Below, in pieces: positions 50,470 through 62,084 of a DNA stretch of 64,000 bases. This DNA is from Chiloscyllium plagiosum. Its lineage: Eukaryota. The stretch covers positions 18,683,159 through 18,747,158 of the forward strand of contig NC_057719.1 in the NCBI RefSeq assembly GCF_004010195.1, written 5' to 3'. How positions within the stretch are numbered: position 1 is the first letter of the stretch; each line of letters starts with the position of its first letter. A model generated the notes under the pieces. That model was not told where the DNA came from. It worked only from the letters and a program-made list of their open reading frames with translations, and ran no database searches. Made by a program: the position numbers and the translations under genes.

Positions 50470-52015
50470 AATTAAAAGCAAAGTACTGCAGATGCTGGAG
50501 ATCTGAAATCAATCCTGGACTGGCAATATCTGCAAGCAGTGAGCCAAAATTAATCTTTCAAATTCAATAACTCGTCCATGCTGACCAAGCTTCCTAAACT
50601 GAACAATCCCATTGTTAGAGGGCCCAAAACCCTCTAAACCTCACCCAATGAAGGGCTTACGCTCCTCGGATGCTGCCTGACCTGCTGTGCTTTTCCAGCA
50701 TCACACTTTTTGACGCTGATCTCCAGTCCTCATTTTCTCCTTACCTATCCATGTACCTATCCAAATGTCTTTTAAATATTGTAATAGTATCTGCCTCTAC
50801 CACTTCCTCTGACAGCTTGTTCCATATATGCAGCAACCTCTGTGTGAAAAAAGTTGCCCCTCAGGTCCCTTTTAACTCTTTCCCCTCTCATCTAAATGAC
50901 TCTATGACTCTATATAACTCTTCTTTGGAACTGAAAAGGGCTGGGAAAGTGATAGCTTTTATTCTGTTGAGAGGTTGAGGGAAGAAGAATGAGTGGGACA
51001 GTTGGGAAAGGTGCCCAAATTAAAAGGCAAGGGGAGAATCAATGATAGTGGAGGAGCGATATCAATGAAGAGTGGGTATTTATGGTAATTATTAACAACA
51101 GAAAATAGGTTAGCACTGCTGAGAGTAAATCCATGCAAACAAGGCAGTGAGAGGAAGTGGGGGAATGGAAACTAATCAGACTGGAGGACCAAGTTCATGC
51201 TTTGATATTGGTGAACTCAATGTTGATTCCTGAAGGCTAGAAAATGCCATAAGAGAAAATGAAGTGGTGTCCCTTCAGCTTGCATTGGACTTCACCATAC
51301 AAGTCTGGGGTAGGAAAGTTAGCTTGAGGACAAAATGTGTATTGGAATGACAAACAACCAGAATGTCAAGTCATTTTTGCAAAGAGAATGGAGGAGTTCC
51401 ACAAAACAGAAACCCAGTCTGTGTTTTAGTCTTGCCAATATGGAAGAGACTGCACTGTAAGCATTGAGTAGAGTAGACTGAATTATAAAAAGTCTAAGTC
51501 AATCACTCCTTCATCTGGAAGCTGCCATTATGGTCTTGGTTAGTTAGAGGGAAGTGGTAAAGTGCTACATTATCTGTATTGCATGGGACAGTGCTGTGGA
51601 GTTGGAGGATGAGGAAGATGTGAAGACATCATAAAAGTGACGTGGTGTAGATCAGATTATTAGAGAGAAATTTATTCTTATGCAGTGTTGACAGGAAAAG
51701 GGAGAGAAGGTATGCCTAGTTGTGGCATTCAGCTGAATGGAACAGAAATGGCAAAGGGTAATCCTTTGAATGCTAAGGCTGGTGGGGTGGAAAGTGAGAG
51801 CAAGGGGATCCCATTTGTTGTTCTACGAAAGAGGAAAAGAGCTGACAGCAGGACTGTGACAAATGAGGTCAGGAACAATTGAACGGCCTGTCCATGCATA
51901 ACTTAAAAACAACACCTTTCCAGCCTCTCAGTTCTGAAAAACTGGACTCAAAATGTTAACTCTTCACAGCCGTTACCAGACCTGCTGAGTTTTTCCAGAA
52001 CTTTCTGTTTTTATA
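50470..52015. mobile_element. Long decayed PLE (family D termini, GIY-YIG remnant on - at ~51190-51600) containing a CR1 3' end (50570-50915), itself containing a family A fragment (50645-50740)
   Basis: Termini AAAAGCAAAGTACTGCAGATGCTGGAGATCTGAAA and CCAGACCTGCTGAGTTTTTCCAGAACTTTCTGTTTT; interior similar to 16775-17380. Confidence 0.75.
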
Positions 52016-52212
52016 TTTGATAGACAGTATACTGGATTGTAAGTATAGTTTTCTTTAAAGCTTATATGTTTAAACTTTAAAAAAAATTTTAAAGGTGCAT
52101 TTAAATATTGTGTATACACTTGAAATAGAATAGTCATGTTATAATTACCTTTGATATTCTAAGATACAATATTCTTTATTATAATGTAATTTGGGATCAG
52201 TCCTTTACAAAG

Positions 52213-52567
52213 GAGGTGATGGTCTAGTGATGTTATTGGTGGACTGCTAACCCAGAAACCTGAGCCATATGCCGGGGGCCTGGGTTCAAACTTCACCACA
52301 GCAAATTTTGGAATTTGAAATCAATAAACGTCAATCAATTAAGAGTCTAATGATGACTGTGAATCCATTGTCAATTGTTGGGAAAAAGCCAATCTGAGTC
52401 ACGAATTTCCTTTAGGGAAGGGAACTGCCATCCTTACCTTGTCAGGCCTACATGTGACACCAGACCCACAGCAATACGATCGACTCTAAACTGTCCTCTG
52501 GGCAATTAGGTTTGGATAATAAATGTTGATTTAGAAAGTGATGGTCTCATCCTATGAATTAGTAAAA
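52213..52567 (+). mobile_element. tRNA-derived SINE, family of 12270
   Basis: GGTGATGGTCTAGTGATGTTATT...GGGTTCAAACTTCACCAC...AGGGAAGGGAACTGCCATCCTTACC. Confidence 0.8.
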
Positions 52568-52694
52568 ACAAAGTTCAGAATGAATTATAATCTCAAACTT
52601 GAATCCTCAGAATCCCAGGTGGAGACAACAATAGATTAGAGTTCTGAAATTAAGATTTTAAGTGCTGGTATTGGCAAACTTAAAAAATACTTTT

Positions 52695-53228
52695 GGGATA
52701 CTGCATGCAATTCTGGTCTCCCTGCTGTAGAAAAGATGTCTTTAAACTTGAAAGCGTTCAGCAAAGATTTACAAGGATGCTACCAGAGTTGGGGAATTAT
52801 AAGGAGAGGCTGAATAGGCTGTGCCTATTTTCCCTGAAGCGTGGGAGGCTGTGGGGGTGACCTTAGAGAGATTTATAAAATCATGAAGGGCATAGACAAG
52901 GTCGTTTTTCCAGTGTTGATGAGTCCAGAGCTAGAGGCCATACTTTGAAGGTGAGAGGGGAAAGATTTAAACGGGACCGAAGGAGCAACATTTTCATGCA
53001 GAGGATGATGCGTGTATGGAACGAGCTGTCAGAAGAAGTGGTGGAGGATGGTGCAATTACAACATTTAAAAGGTATCTGAGTGGATATATGAATAGGAAG
53101 GGTCTAGAGGGATGTGGGCCAAATGCTAACAAATAGAACTAGATTAATCTAGGATATCTCGTTGGCATGGATAAGTTGAACCAAACAGCCTGTTTCCAGA
53201 CTGTATAGCTCTATGACTCCATGACTCC
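52695..53228 (+). mobile_element. CR1 LINE 3' end
   Basis: YCMQFWSPC; FMQRMMRVWNELSEEVVEDGAITTFKRYL; tail repeats. Confidence 0.93.
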
Positions 53229-53654
53229 AAGTTGTTTCTGCTGTAATATGTCTGTAGTGTGCTCTGCCCTTTAATAGTTTCCTGGTTTGGAAACTCCTGT
53301 GGGGAGAAACATTTCATTACAGAACTCCGCCTAAAGCTGATCAACCTGACTAAATTTCTCTCATGTATCTTCCTTGGTTGAGATTTCAAGTTAACAATAA
53401 GTTTGACTGGATAAGTTTGCTGTCCTGAGAGTGGAGATAGTAGAACCATGAACACCCCTTCATCACTGACGTGAAAGGTGTCACAGGCATCTGAACAGCA
53501 GGAATGATTTTAGGATATTGAAACTGAAGTGTGTTACTTCACGAACAGAGCCACAATCCAGCTGAGGTGAAAGACCAATAGCGGAGAGGATCACCATTGC
53601 CTTCAAATTAATACCACAAGAACTTTGCATAATGTAACATGTATTAGACCAAAA

Positions 53655-54197
53655 AGCAAAGAACAATATAGCACAGGAACAGGCCCTTTAGCCCTCCAAA
53701 CCTGTGCTGGCACATTTTGTCCTTCCATACTAAAACTGTCTTCACTTAGAGGATCTGTATCCCTCTATTCCCTTCCTTCTCATTTATTTGTCCAGATGTT
53801 TGCTGGACAATGCTACTAATGTGTTTGCTTCCATCACCTTCTCTGGCACAACATTCCAAACACTCACCATCCATTGTTTGAAAAATGTGCTTGTCCAGCT
53901 CTTTTAAACTTCTCCTCTCGTACCTGGAAGTCTGTGTCACCTAGTAACTGACCCTTCAACCCTGGGAGAAAGCATCATATTTTCCACTCTATCCATGCCA
54001 TTCACAATCTTATAAACTTCTATCAGGTTTGCCCTTCAACCTCCTGTGTTCCAGTGAAAACAAAGCCAGTCTATCCAACCGTTCTTCGTAGCTAAAATCC
54101 CCCATACCAGGCAAGATCCTGGTAAACCTTTCCTGTACCTTCTCCAGAGCATCCATATCCTTCTGGTAGTGTGGTGACCAGAACTGTGCACAATACA
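53655..54197 (-). mobile_element. CR1 LINE 3' end, different subfamily
   Basis: YCAQFWSPHYQKDMDALEKVQERFTRILPGM. Confidence 0.92.
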
Positions 54198-55245
54198 TTT
54201 TTTCTGCATAATGCTCTTTCGGATTAACTAAATAAAAGACTAAAACTACGAGTTCCAGTGAAAGTAAATGCATGAATTAAATTGTGCAGTAACACTGGCT
54301 TTGCAACAAATGGGTTCTTGGCACACTTAGGGCTTGTACATTGTGAAATTCTCAATGCATGTTGTCCTCGCATGCTTCTGTTATTTGCTCTTGCAGAAAA
54401 GGAGTAGTATCGATAAGTCCATGCAAGCCAAATGGTCCTGCAGTAGTGTCAGGAGTATAGTTTGCATGAATCACTGCTGTTAGAGTTGTTAGGTGCTGTT
54501 GGTTGCACAAGTCTCCGAGGCAGCAAAGATCTACCACTAACATCAATATAGACTGCTGTTCCTGCGCTGCATAACACAGGTCATCTTTCCACTGCGATTA
54601 TTGACTTAGAACCTGCAATTAAGCACATTGAAAGTGCATGAATTGGGAACTGTAAACATCTATGCAATGGATGTGTTCCCTGTTAGTACAGAGATTGGCC
54701 CATTACTCCACCAAGGAAATGCACCAATAGCTATAGCGTTAACAACAATGCTGAGCAGATTCGCAAATTATTTTGACACCACTACAAAAACATTATCAGA
54801 TTTTAATCCTGCCATTGAATGAAGAGGCAGGAAAATCTGCTCCATTACTGATGATGAGACATGATTTTAATTACCACAATTTCTCTCATTTTCCAACAGC
54901 TAAAGATTTCACAACAGTAGGATATTGATGCCAAACGTATTTGTAGAACCAGGAATTTTCTGGAAAGGCCAGATTGTATCAAGCAGTTCTTTTTATTCCT
55001 TGAGGAAGACTGTAATTCGATGCTCATGCAAAGATACTGGAATAGAGTTAATTCCATATTATTATTGTTTTCTTCCTGCCACATTTCCTTTAGTTTACCT
55101 TATATTCACTGAAGAGTTTTTTGACACACGTTCCTTCAACGTAAACATATAAAATTTGTAATATATCTGACGACAAATGTAAAGAATTAACACTTTGCAT
55201 AGACCACAGAAAAAGTTGTAGAACAATGTCATTTCATTTTTTTAA

Positions 55246-55481
55246 ATCATAGAAAACCTACAGTGTGGAAGCAGGCCATTCGGCCCATCGTGTCCACACC
55301 TAAGATGCTCAAAAAGCATCCCACACAGACCCACCCCATCCCTCTAACCCTGCATTTGCCATGGTGAATCCACCCAGCCTGCATATCCGTGGACCCAATG
55401 GGCAATTTGGCATGGCCAATGCACATAACCTGCAAATCTTTGAACTGTGGGAGGAAACCAGGACACCCAGAGGAAACCCAC
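55246..55481 (-). mobile_element. HE1-type SINE, 5'-truncated
   Basis: CCTACAGTGTGGAAGCAGGCCATTCGGCCC...GGGCAATTTGGCATGGCCAAT. Confidence 0.9.
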
Positions 55482-56095
55482 TTTGCATTTACATACAAAG
55501 AGGAACTGATGAAATCTCCTCAGGAGCACTCTCACCCATTGGTGATATATGACTGAATGCCTATTAGGAGTTACTAGATGTGAATCGTAGGCAATATCTC
55601 ACAATGCCTGAGGTGAAGTATCCCTGTGTGTACTCAACTCTGGTTGAGGTTCAACATGCCAGTAACCTTCCATTATTCAACATTTGCTGTAAGATTAACC
55701 AACGTTTGCTGGTGACAACCTTTCACATGGTTCCTCGGAGGCAGAAGAGGAAGTCTGAATGGATGCAGCGTCACATCCTTGCTATGTTTTAAGCACCATA
55801 GGCTGCAATGGCATAGACCATTAACAGTCAGAGGACTGCTGGAGGTGATCAAGATGGTGAGACCCAGTCAGTGATGAACCTCTCGAGTCAGTGGTGAGTT
55901 GACAGAGGTCCAATAGTAAGAGTGAGGTGTGTGGTCATGTGATGGCAATATTAGATGTGGCAGTGATATCAATCCATATTCTGGCACAGATTTTTGAGTG
56001 TGCATCCAGGCCATGAGCATTGTACTCACCCAGATGGCAATGGTCATGAAGGGCAGTCTGAACAGATTGCAGGAACTATTGTGTAAGTGCATTCT

Positions 56096-56227
56096 TCGAG
56101 GAGAAAGTGAGGTCTGCAGATGCTGGAGATCAAAGTTGAAACTTTATTGCTGGAACAGCACAGCAGGTCAGGCAGCATCCAGGGAACAGGAGATTCGATG
56201 TTTCGGGCACAGGCCCTTCTTCAGGAA
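56096..56227 (-). mobile_element. PLE family A single arm with 14-bp TSD
   Basis: TSD TGTAAGTGCATTCT at 56082-56095 and 56228-56241. Confidence 0.92.
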
Positions 56228-56228
56228 T
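56193..56228 (-). ncRNA. Minimal hammerhead motif, family A
   Basis: ATTC-CTGAAGA-A-GGGC-CTGT-GCCC-GAA-ACAT-C-GAAT; perfect 4-bp helix I, palindrome CpG-decayed. Confidence 0.65.
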
Positions 56229-58799
56229 GTAAGTGCATTCTGACAATCATTTCATCAGCTAATCTCTTTGCTCAGTAGCCCATAGCCATAGCAATTGGTA
56301 GATAAGGAACATGGAGTCATATACAGCTCCTGGTCCATCTTCTAAAAGAATTGGAGGGCATTTTGGCTGTCATGACAGTGTGAGCAATAATCTAGGAAAT
56401 CATCTAGAAGAATCCCTTAGAACATCTCTGATGGGGACATCATCCCCTCGACCATTTGCCATTGGCAGAGTCAACCTCAAATACCACATTGGCAGAAGAA
56501 TCTCCTGTAAGGAAACAGGACTCTTCCACCGTATCGGGGGCTTCATGGCCTCAGGTGAGCTGCGGATGGTCATTACGGTTACCCAAGGCAGGGAAGCAAA
56601 TGGGCTATCAACCTGTCTCTATCCTAGCTTACAGTAAGTGGTGAGTACAACACTGCAACACTGGAATAGAAGCAAGAAAGCTTGCATTATAGTATATAAG
56701 ACTGAGATTACACTTTGATTCATTTGCAAGAAACAATAATGTTGTATGATAATAAATGATGACTTGCTTGATAGGAGCTCTGGAATGTTTCCAGGAAAGC
56801 AAACTGGGTGTAGAAGAAGTCAGTGGATCATCTTTTGTGACTATGTGAAAAGTTGTATCCCTGGGGAGTTGGGTGGTTGAGGTGCTATTGCTCGCATACC
56901 TTGAAGAATTGGATTCATGGAGAGGTTGGAAGCAAAGAAAAGAAGCTGTGTGTAGAATGTGGTAAAGTCTCAATTGTCTGACTTACTGGAATCTCCAGAG
57001 GATTAGTGTCTTCTGTGACTACTGACCATACTGTCACTCCCTGGCAGACACTTACACATCTGCCAGCTCTAGTTGTCCCACTTCCTCTATTACCTCTCAT
57101 CAGAGGAAGCTATGTTCTGAACTGGTCCCTCCTCCACCAGAGTGCAAATTGAGGAGAGTGTGCCACACAGTGACCATCAGGAACACTCTGGAAAGAGCAC
57201 AGTGGAGCAAAATCTCATGTTGAGGAGACAAATCCTTTGGTCTGCGATGATCCTGGTTGTGCAGCAGCTCTCTTCATATTGGGTCTTGACATCAGATCTC
57301 GGAGATCACATTGATGTCAGCAGCCACCTCTTTAATGGGTAGCTTTGTCAATGAGTCACCATTCTCCTTATGCACCGGATTCTGAGAACAGGATTGGCAC
57401 TTGGGAGTTCCTGAGTACATGGCTACTCCCTGGCAAAATTAAAATTAAGATTTAGTGCATCTTTCAGGGCAACTAACATTGGATGTCCTTAAAGCAGTTA
57501 GATTTGATCTCCTCAGCCAGCATCTCACAGAGAGATATCCCAATACTTCTTGAAAGTCGGAGTCTCCTCAGGCAGTGTGTCTCTGTCATTTTCGGATAAG
57601 TCTAGATACAATTGTGTGGATAAAACCATGATAGAGAAATACATTACCACTTGGCGCTTTACCCAAGTTGGGAATGTATTACTGTGTTCCGAATAGATCG
57701 CTGGAGTTGATTGGAGTGCTGATGAGGTTATCTATCCCCTAGTTATTAATTTCAAAATGGTAGTTGGCTGCTGTTTTTGAGATCCACTCTATTAATTTAT
57801 CCTGGTGTAGTCTTGGCAGTAATGCAGCACAACATTATCATGCTGGTTACTACATTACTTTGGGAGATCATTTCCATTTCCAAAAGGTAAAATTCAGCCC
57901 ATAGTATTTGTACTCACAACTCATCCTTAAATGAAAATGCAATGCACCACAATCACACTTTCAGAAGCACGCAGATATGCACACACAAGTAAAAACGATT
58001 TTGAGAGACAGAGCATGTATTGAAATTATTGGTTGAGATATAAAAAGGAAATCATGTGCTGAAATTTCAACCCTTTGATGTGCACAAGCTGGATAAATTC
58101 TCTCTTGTGGGTCTTTAGATGAACTGAAGTTGAAAACCTCTGGGTTTCCAGTGAAGGTCATGGCCAAATTTCTGTTGAAATAAATCTTTTCAGCTGTTGA
58201 CCAGTTAGCTACTCTTTCTCCCAGGTTCAGCCTCACCTCTATCTTTCTGGCTGACAGAGGTGTTAGTTTCCAGACCAGCTTGTTCCTGGCTGGTTCTTGA
58301 GGAATAAAATTTGTTAGCTGGAGCCCAGTTCAAACATGGGACAACCTGTGATCAACTCCCTATTGTCCGTTCAAATGATTTGAAGTTAGAAGCTATAGAA
58401 TGTGATGGATGTTCACATCTGATTGTGGTGTATTGATTTCTCTGAAGCTTTATTTTTTAAGTGTTGAGCTCAATGATATTGTGTTTTAGGGGTCTATTGA
58501 ATTTGTGTTCCCATACATACCCTGACAATGGGGCTTTAAATTCCACAAGTCATTTCATATTTTGAATGTCTTTTCAAGGGGCTGTCTTCCACTTATTGTC
58601 ATTTACATTACAATGGCCTTCAGAAGTATGTCCAGCCATAGGAAAAATACCAGAATATCACCTCATCTTTGGCAGCCACCTCTGATGCATATTGTCCACT
58701 TTTAAAGTTAATTTTTAAAGAGTTGAAATTGAATGGAGTCTGTAAGTTCAGAATATGATATCCTTAATGAGCATGATGAACTTGAACACAAGAATTAAG

Positions 58800-59098
58800 G
58801 GTGAAGGCAGTGCAGTACTGAGGGTACAGATGGGGTGACAAATCAGTGCGCCATCTGTCCCTGCCAAATGGGTGTTATATGGCAAGGAAATACCTCAAAG
58901 AAGAACAGGCAAGATATTTCTGATGTCCAAGCCAATCCTTATCTCTCAATCAACTTGAAAAGTACAGGTGATCTGATCTGATGTTTGTGGGTGTTGCTAA
59001 TCACAAGTTAATTACCAACAATGCAACTACATTGCAACAGTAACTGCAATTCAAAAGTTGCAAATCACTTTTTGACATCATGAAATGTTCAGTATAAA
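58800..59098 (+). mobile_element. Deu-domain SINE, decayed
   Basis: CAGTGCAGTACTGAGGG...CCTTATCTCTCAATCAAC...TGTTTGTGGG. Confidence 0.6.
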
Positions 59099-59100
59099 CA

Positions 59101-59400
59101 AGTTTTGAGAAGATTTGTAGCTCAGGCTGACGTTCTGGATGTAGGTTTGCTCGCTGAGCTGGAAGGTTCATTTTCAGACGTTTTGTCCCATTCTAGGTAA
59201 CATCTTTAGTGAGCCTCCAGACGAAGCACTGCTGGTGATTCCTGCTTTCTATTTATATGTTTGGGTTTCTTTGGGTTGGTTATTTTATTTCCTGTGGTGA
59301 TGTCATTTCCTGTTCTTTTTCTCAGAGGGTGATAAAATATCAACAAACACATTGACTTGGACCCCATTTACCACCCCTAAGATAAAGAACAGAAAATGAC
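59101..59400. mobile_element. PLE family C fragment with short inversion
   Basis: TTTTGAGAAGATTTGTAGCTCAG is the reverse complement of the 38508 element end; CAACAAACACATTGACTTGGACCCCATTTACC lies on the opposite strand. Confidence 0.85.
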
Positions 59401-60618
59401 AGTTCAGAGCGACCTGCTGTGAATTTGATCATGCAATGCATTTGACAGCAGTGAAGATAAACCTCTCCCTAAACTATTCCCTGTCTTGCCAGTGGAATGG
59501 AAGTTAATCTTCGCCAGTCTTTTCCCTCCTTTGACAGCACAAGACATTCAGCCTACATCCCCACAGAAGGTGGCACTTTCCACTGGTACTTCGACAAATC
59601 ACAGTGACGATTGCTCGCAAAACTAATGACTCTACCCGTGACATTATAAATATTTACAACGTCACCTTTTTTTTGTAATTGGTTACTCATTATTCCTATA
59701 GCAAATTGCAACAGACTTTGATGATCTCTATAAAAATCGCTACTAGCCAATAGGAAAACCTCACAATATTCTTTGCAAATCTGCCAGACCGCTTTCAAAG
59801 TTCCCCGGCTGTGCAGAATTGCAATAAACCATCAGAGAGCGATAGACTCCCTGGAGTGATGGTTGGTTTATAATACAGTATTTACATAAAATTGTTGCAA
59901 TAGATTATATTTCCACACATTCATAACTAGAAACAATTTTCAATTAAACAGTCCTCAATTACTGACTGTAACAAAAAAAATTGGACTCCAAATAGAGTTA
60001 AGACTATTTAAAAATGAAAACTTTTTTGTAAACATAGCAATGCATGTCCTTTTGAGTACATATTCAAACAGTGATAACGATGAATTAAAGGCCTTAGGCT
60101 ACTGCCTGTGCAGTATTTCCATTCAACTGCATACCAAAGAGCTAGAACAATTTACAATAAACATGAGGCTATTACAATTCAATCAAAAGATGTTTTGAGC
60201 AAAATAATGTGAAATTAAATCTTCTAGGATTCTGTATATTAAAATTTAGGCAGTCAATAAAATCTGGCCTACGATTGCCATTTGTCATAGGACAGATTAT
60301 TTCGCTATGACTAAAGTTTCTTTTATATGTGTTGTCATTTTTAATGTTTAAAATACAAGTATAATATCATTGTTATAACGTAAGCCTTGACAGATTAGGG
60401 TTTATAAACCTTAGCATAAAAGAAGCAAATGTCGAGGAGGTTCATTCCTTTTATACAAAGCTGCAATTATTTAAAATAGCCCGTGGACATTTTTTTTTAA
60501 TTGACAAAAAGAAGCATTCTGGTTAGGTACATGCGTATGTAATTTGATAACTGACCTTGTATTGTTAAGTTTGCAGGATGCAGTGAAATTTGTGTATTAT
60601 TGTGCATTTTTAGATTTA

Positions 60619-61146
60619 GGGGCGGCAGGATGGCTCAGTGGTTAGCGCTGCTGCCTCATAGCACCAGGGTTCCAGGTTCAATTCCAGCCTAGGGTGACTG
60701 TCTGTGTGGAGTTTGCACATTCTCCCCGTGTCTGTGTGGGTTTCCTCCAGTGTTCCGGTTTCCTCCCACAGTCCAAAGATGTGCAGGTCAGGTGAATTGG
60801 CCAGGCTAAATTGCCCATAGTGTTAGGTGCATTAGTCAGAGGAAAATGGGTCTGGGTGGTTACTCTTTGGAGGGTCAGTGTGGACTGGTTGGGCCAAAGG
60901 GCCTGTTTCCACACTGTAGGGAATCTAATCTAATCATCCTGTGTCTGCGTGGGTTTCCTCCAGATGCTCCGGTTTCCTCTCACAGTCCAAAGATGTGCAG
61001 GTTAGGTGAATTGGCCATGCTAAATTGCCCGTAGTGTTAGGTGAAGGGGTAAATGTAGGGATATGGGTGGGTAGCGCTTCGTCGGGTCAGTGTGCACTTG
61101 TTGGGCTGAAGGGCCTGTTTCCGCACTGTAAGTAATCTATTCTAAT
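60619..61146 (+). mobile_element. Tandem HE1-type SINEs: full copy 60619-60935 plus 5'-truncated copy 60938-61146
   Basis: Two CACAGTCCAAAGATGTGCAGG cores and two tails. Confidence 0.95.
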
Positions 61147-61859
61147 CCCAAAGCCCACAAATAACTTCTTCAATTTGTAAAATTTATTTAGTTTTATATT
61201 TTGCAGACAGTCAGATTAATGTCAATCAGCGTGAATCAAGGGGTAGGATGTCTTTTGTTCTCAACACAATTGGAGAAGAGGTTAGGTGTTCGTTATGGAG
61301 AATTAATGAAAATGTATGAGAAGAAATATTCATTAACGAGTATTTATACATTGGGTCAGCGCCAGAATTAGTCATCTATACAAGTCTCCTCCCACTCTAA
61401 TACCTGCCTTGCCCCATGTTTCCTCCTGAACAAGTCAGTCCTTTTATTATTTGCATTAATGTAATTTGTTTTTACCACTCCATGTGGTAGTAAGTTCAAC
61501 ATTCTCACATACTCTGCTCAAAGCAATTCTAAATTTTTGATTTGATCTGTTAATGATTAGCTTGCAATTATGTTGACTTGTTCTCAACTCAACCACAAGT
61601 AGAAATCATTTCCACAAGTCTCTACTATCTACCCTCTTTAATTGTTCTCAATCTCTATCAGGTATTCTCTCTGTGTCCTTCCAGTGGACAGTGCCCGGAC
61701 CTGTTCAATCTTTAATTAAATTCATTAATGGAATCAAATATAATTTGTAGGAGAACAATGCTCCAATGTGCCAAATATCCTTTTTTTTTCATGTCTTGTT
61801 GTCTTAAATGGCCATAGAAACAAAAGACATGAAATGATCCATTGAACCTATCTTGTCAA

Positions 61860-61953
61860 GACAAAAGTCACATACCAGCTTTCAGAGCACTGTTCCTTCG
61901 TTGACTTTTGACTTTGTCTACCCCAGTCCAACACCGGCACCTCCATATCATGA
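61860..61953. mobile_element. PLE family B remnant
   Basis: CCAGCTTTCAGAGCACTGTTCCTTC and CCCCAGTCCAACACCGGCACCTCC, as at 13111. Confidence 0.75.
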
Positions 61954-62084
61954 CAACTCATCCTATAGATAGTTTCTAATCAACCTGTTCAGAGTTGTAT
62001 TAAACCTCTGGAATTGGTAGGACTTGAACTCAGGCCACAAAAGCACCTCCATATATTATTTGAAACACCCATTTCCACTATGCA

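Larger units (their letters stand above)
55560..57900. mobile_element. Fossil PIF/Harbinger transposon 3: transposase on - (~57130-57590), probable Myb gene on + (~55570-56640)
   Basis: Minus strand MTETHCLRRLRLSRSIGISLCEML, PGSSH-VLRNSQVPILF, LIDK-YPLKRWLLT, RICLLNMRFC; possible terminus AAAATTCAGCCC at 57889-57900. The Myb part is weakly supported. Confidence 0.8.

Noticed and set aside
54352..58345. Possible minus-strand exons 58237-58345 and from 54612 (phase-compatible)
   Set aside because: Weak pyrimidine tracts, unrecognised peptide, stop after about 10 codons.
59690..59770. TATAAAA plus CCAAT as a promoter
   Set aside because: Wrong order for a + strand promoter and no linked exon.
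60619..60695. tRNA gene-like A/B boxes (also at the other SINE heads)
   Set aside because: They continue into SINE bodies; SINE heads rather than tRNA genes.
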